Source: Mustelus asterias (lineage: Eukaryota). From it: DNA of 64,000 bases. The stretch's first letter is position 1. Each line of letters opens with the position of its first letter. The notes beneath the pieces were generated by a model. The model saw only the letters and a program-made list of their open reading frames with translations. It was not told the origin of the DNA and did not search any database. The DNA lies in assembly GCF_964213995.1 (NCBI RefSeq), contig NC_135830.1, forward strand, positions 744,001-808,000, given 5' to 3'. Shown one piece after another: positions 62,347-64,000 of this stretch. The translations under genes and the position numbers were made by a program.

Positions 62347-63785
62347 GAACATGGAACATAGAAAAACGACAGCACAAACAGGCCCTGCGGCCCACAAGTT
62401 GCGCCGGTCGTGTCCCTACCTACCTAGGCCTATATATAGGCTTACCTATAACCCTCATTCCTATTAAGTCCCATGTACTCATCCAGAAGTCTCTTAAAAG
62501 ACCCTATCGAGTTTGCCTCCACCACCATTGACGGCAGCCGATTCCACTCACCCACCACCCTCTGAGTGAAAAACTTACCCCTGACATCTCCTCTGTACCT
62601 ACTCACCTTAAACCTGTGTCCTCTCGTAGCAGCCATTTCAGCCCTGGGAAAAAGCCTCTGAGAATCCACCCGAGCTATACCTCTCAACATCTTGCAGACT
62701 TCTATCAGGTCACCTCTCATCCTTCGTCTCTCCAAGGAGAAAAGACCGAGCTCCCTCAACCTATCCTCATAAGACATGCCACCCAATCCAGGCAACATCC
62801 TTGTAAATCTTCTCTGCACCCTTTCAATAATTTCTGCATCCTTCCTGTAATGAGGCGACCAGAACTGAGCACAGTACTCTAAGTGGGGTCTGACGAGGGT
62901 CTTATAAAGCTGCATCATTATCTCCCGACTCCGAAACTCAATCCCTCGATTGATGAAGGCCAGCACACCATACGCCTTCTTAACCACCTCCTCTACCTGC
63001 GAGGCCGATTTAAGAGTCCTATGGACCCGGACCCCAAGGTCCTTCTGATCCTCTACATTGCTAAGAGTCTTACCCTTGGCATTATACTCCTTCATCCCAT
63101 TTGAACTGCCAAAATGGACCACTACACATTCATCCGGGTTGAAGTCCATCTGCCACTTCTCCGCCCAGTCTTGCATCCTATCTATGTCACGCTGCAGCTT
63201 CTGACATCCCTCCAGACTATCAACAACACCACCAACCTTGGTGTTGTCGGCAAACTTACCCACCCATCCCTCCACTTCCTCATCCAGGACATTTATGAAA
63301 ATGACAAACAGCAAGGGTCCCAGAACAGATCCCTGGGACTCTCCACTGGTGACCGACCTCCATTCAGAGAAAGACCCATCTACAACCACTCTCTGCCTTC
63401 TGCAGGTAAGCCAGTTCTGGATCCACAAGGCAACAGCCCCTTGGATCGCATGCCCTCTCACTTTCTCGAGAAGTATTGCATGGGGGACCTTATCGAACGC
63501 CTTGCTGAAGTCCATGTAAACCACATCTACCGCTTTTCTTTCGTCAACATGTTTAGTCACATTTTCAAAGAAATCCACCAGGCTCATAAGGCACGATTTG
63601 CCATTGACAAAGCCGTGCTGACTACCTTTGAGCATACTAAACTTCTCTAAATGTTCATAAATCCTGTCCCTCAGGACCTTCTCCATCTACTTACCAACCA
63701 CTGAGGTTAGACTCACCAGTCGGTAATTTCCTGGGCTATCCCTATTCCCTTTCTTGAATATAGGAACCACATCCGCAATCCTCCA
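62347..63785 (-). mobile_element. 5'-truncated CR1 LINE (RT), catalytic motif mutated to FADN
   Basis: ORF 62442-63686 (414 aa) plus upstream frame 63687-63785 (NYRLVSLTS). Confidence 0.93.
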
Positions 63786-64000
63786 ATTAAGGAACAGGAA
63801 AGCATTGAAATATTCCATTCTAGTCTTCAGTGCCGGTAACATTATTTCAAAAATACATTTATGATATTCTTTTGGCATTGTTTAATAGTTCAATAATCAG
63901 TAGACAATTCGTTATTTGTACAAAATGCTCTGTCACCCTAACTATCAAACACATTGTCATATTGTAAGAACAGTGTGATAGTTTACTGACACGACAACGT

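Noticed and set aside
1-64000. V, D, J segments or RSS pairs
   Set aside because: No V-domain ORF or properly spaced CACAGTG/ACAAAAACC was noticed. The CACAGTG hits checked fall mostly in SINE heads.

Overview
Cartilaginous-fish (shark) genomic DNA. The first 24 kb is the 3' half of an apparently intact IgNAR heavy-chain cluster on the + strand. It has five Ig C1-set exons: C1 265-576, C2 2647-2949, C3 3038-3355, C4 7541-7861 and C5 plus secretory tail 8297-8679. TM1 (15610-15767) and TM2 (23266-23274, giving the KVK tail) follow, with separate Sec and TM poly(A) signals. V/D/J lie upstream of the window. The rest is dense in repeats: CR1/HER1-type LINEs (one nearly full length, with an antisense copy of its own family nested inside), HE1-type SINEs, Penelope-like elements with hammerhead-ribozyme motifs, and older LINE debris. 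The most unusual object is a ~1.8 kb PIF/Harbinger-like non-autonomous element (50579-52373; TIRs, ATT target duplication). Its core is a ~400 bp-arm inverted repeat carrying two tail-to-tail processed RPL39 pseudogenes behind Sp1/NRF1 motifs, i.e. a possible mobile hairpin-RNA cassette. Other leads are a Cys-rich alternative secretory-tail exon after IgNAR C3, an octamer/E-box enhancer candidate in the Sec-TM intron, and remnants of an unidentified leader-bearing gene at 44-61 kb. All calls were made by eye and repeat boundaries are approximate.
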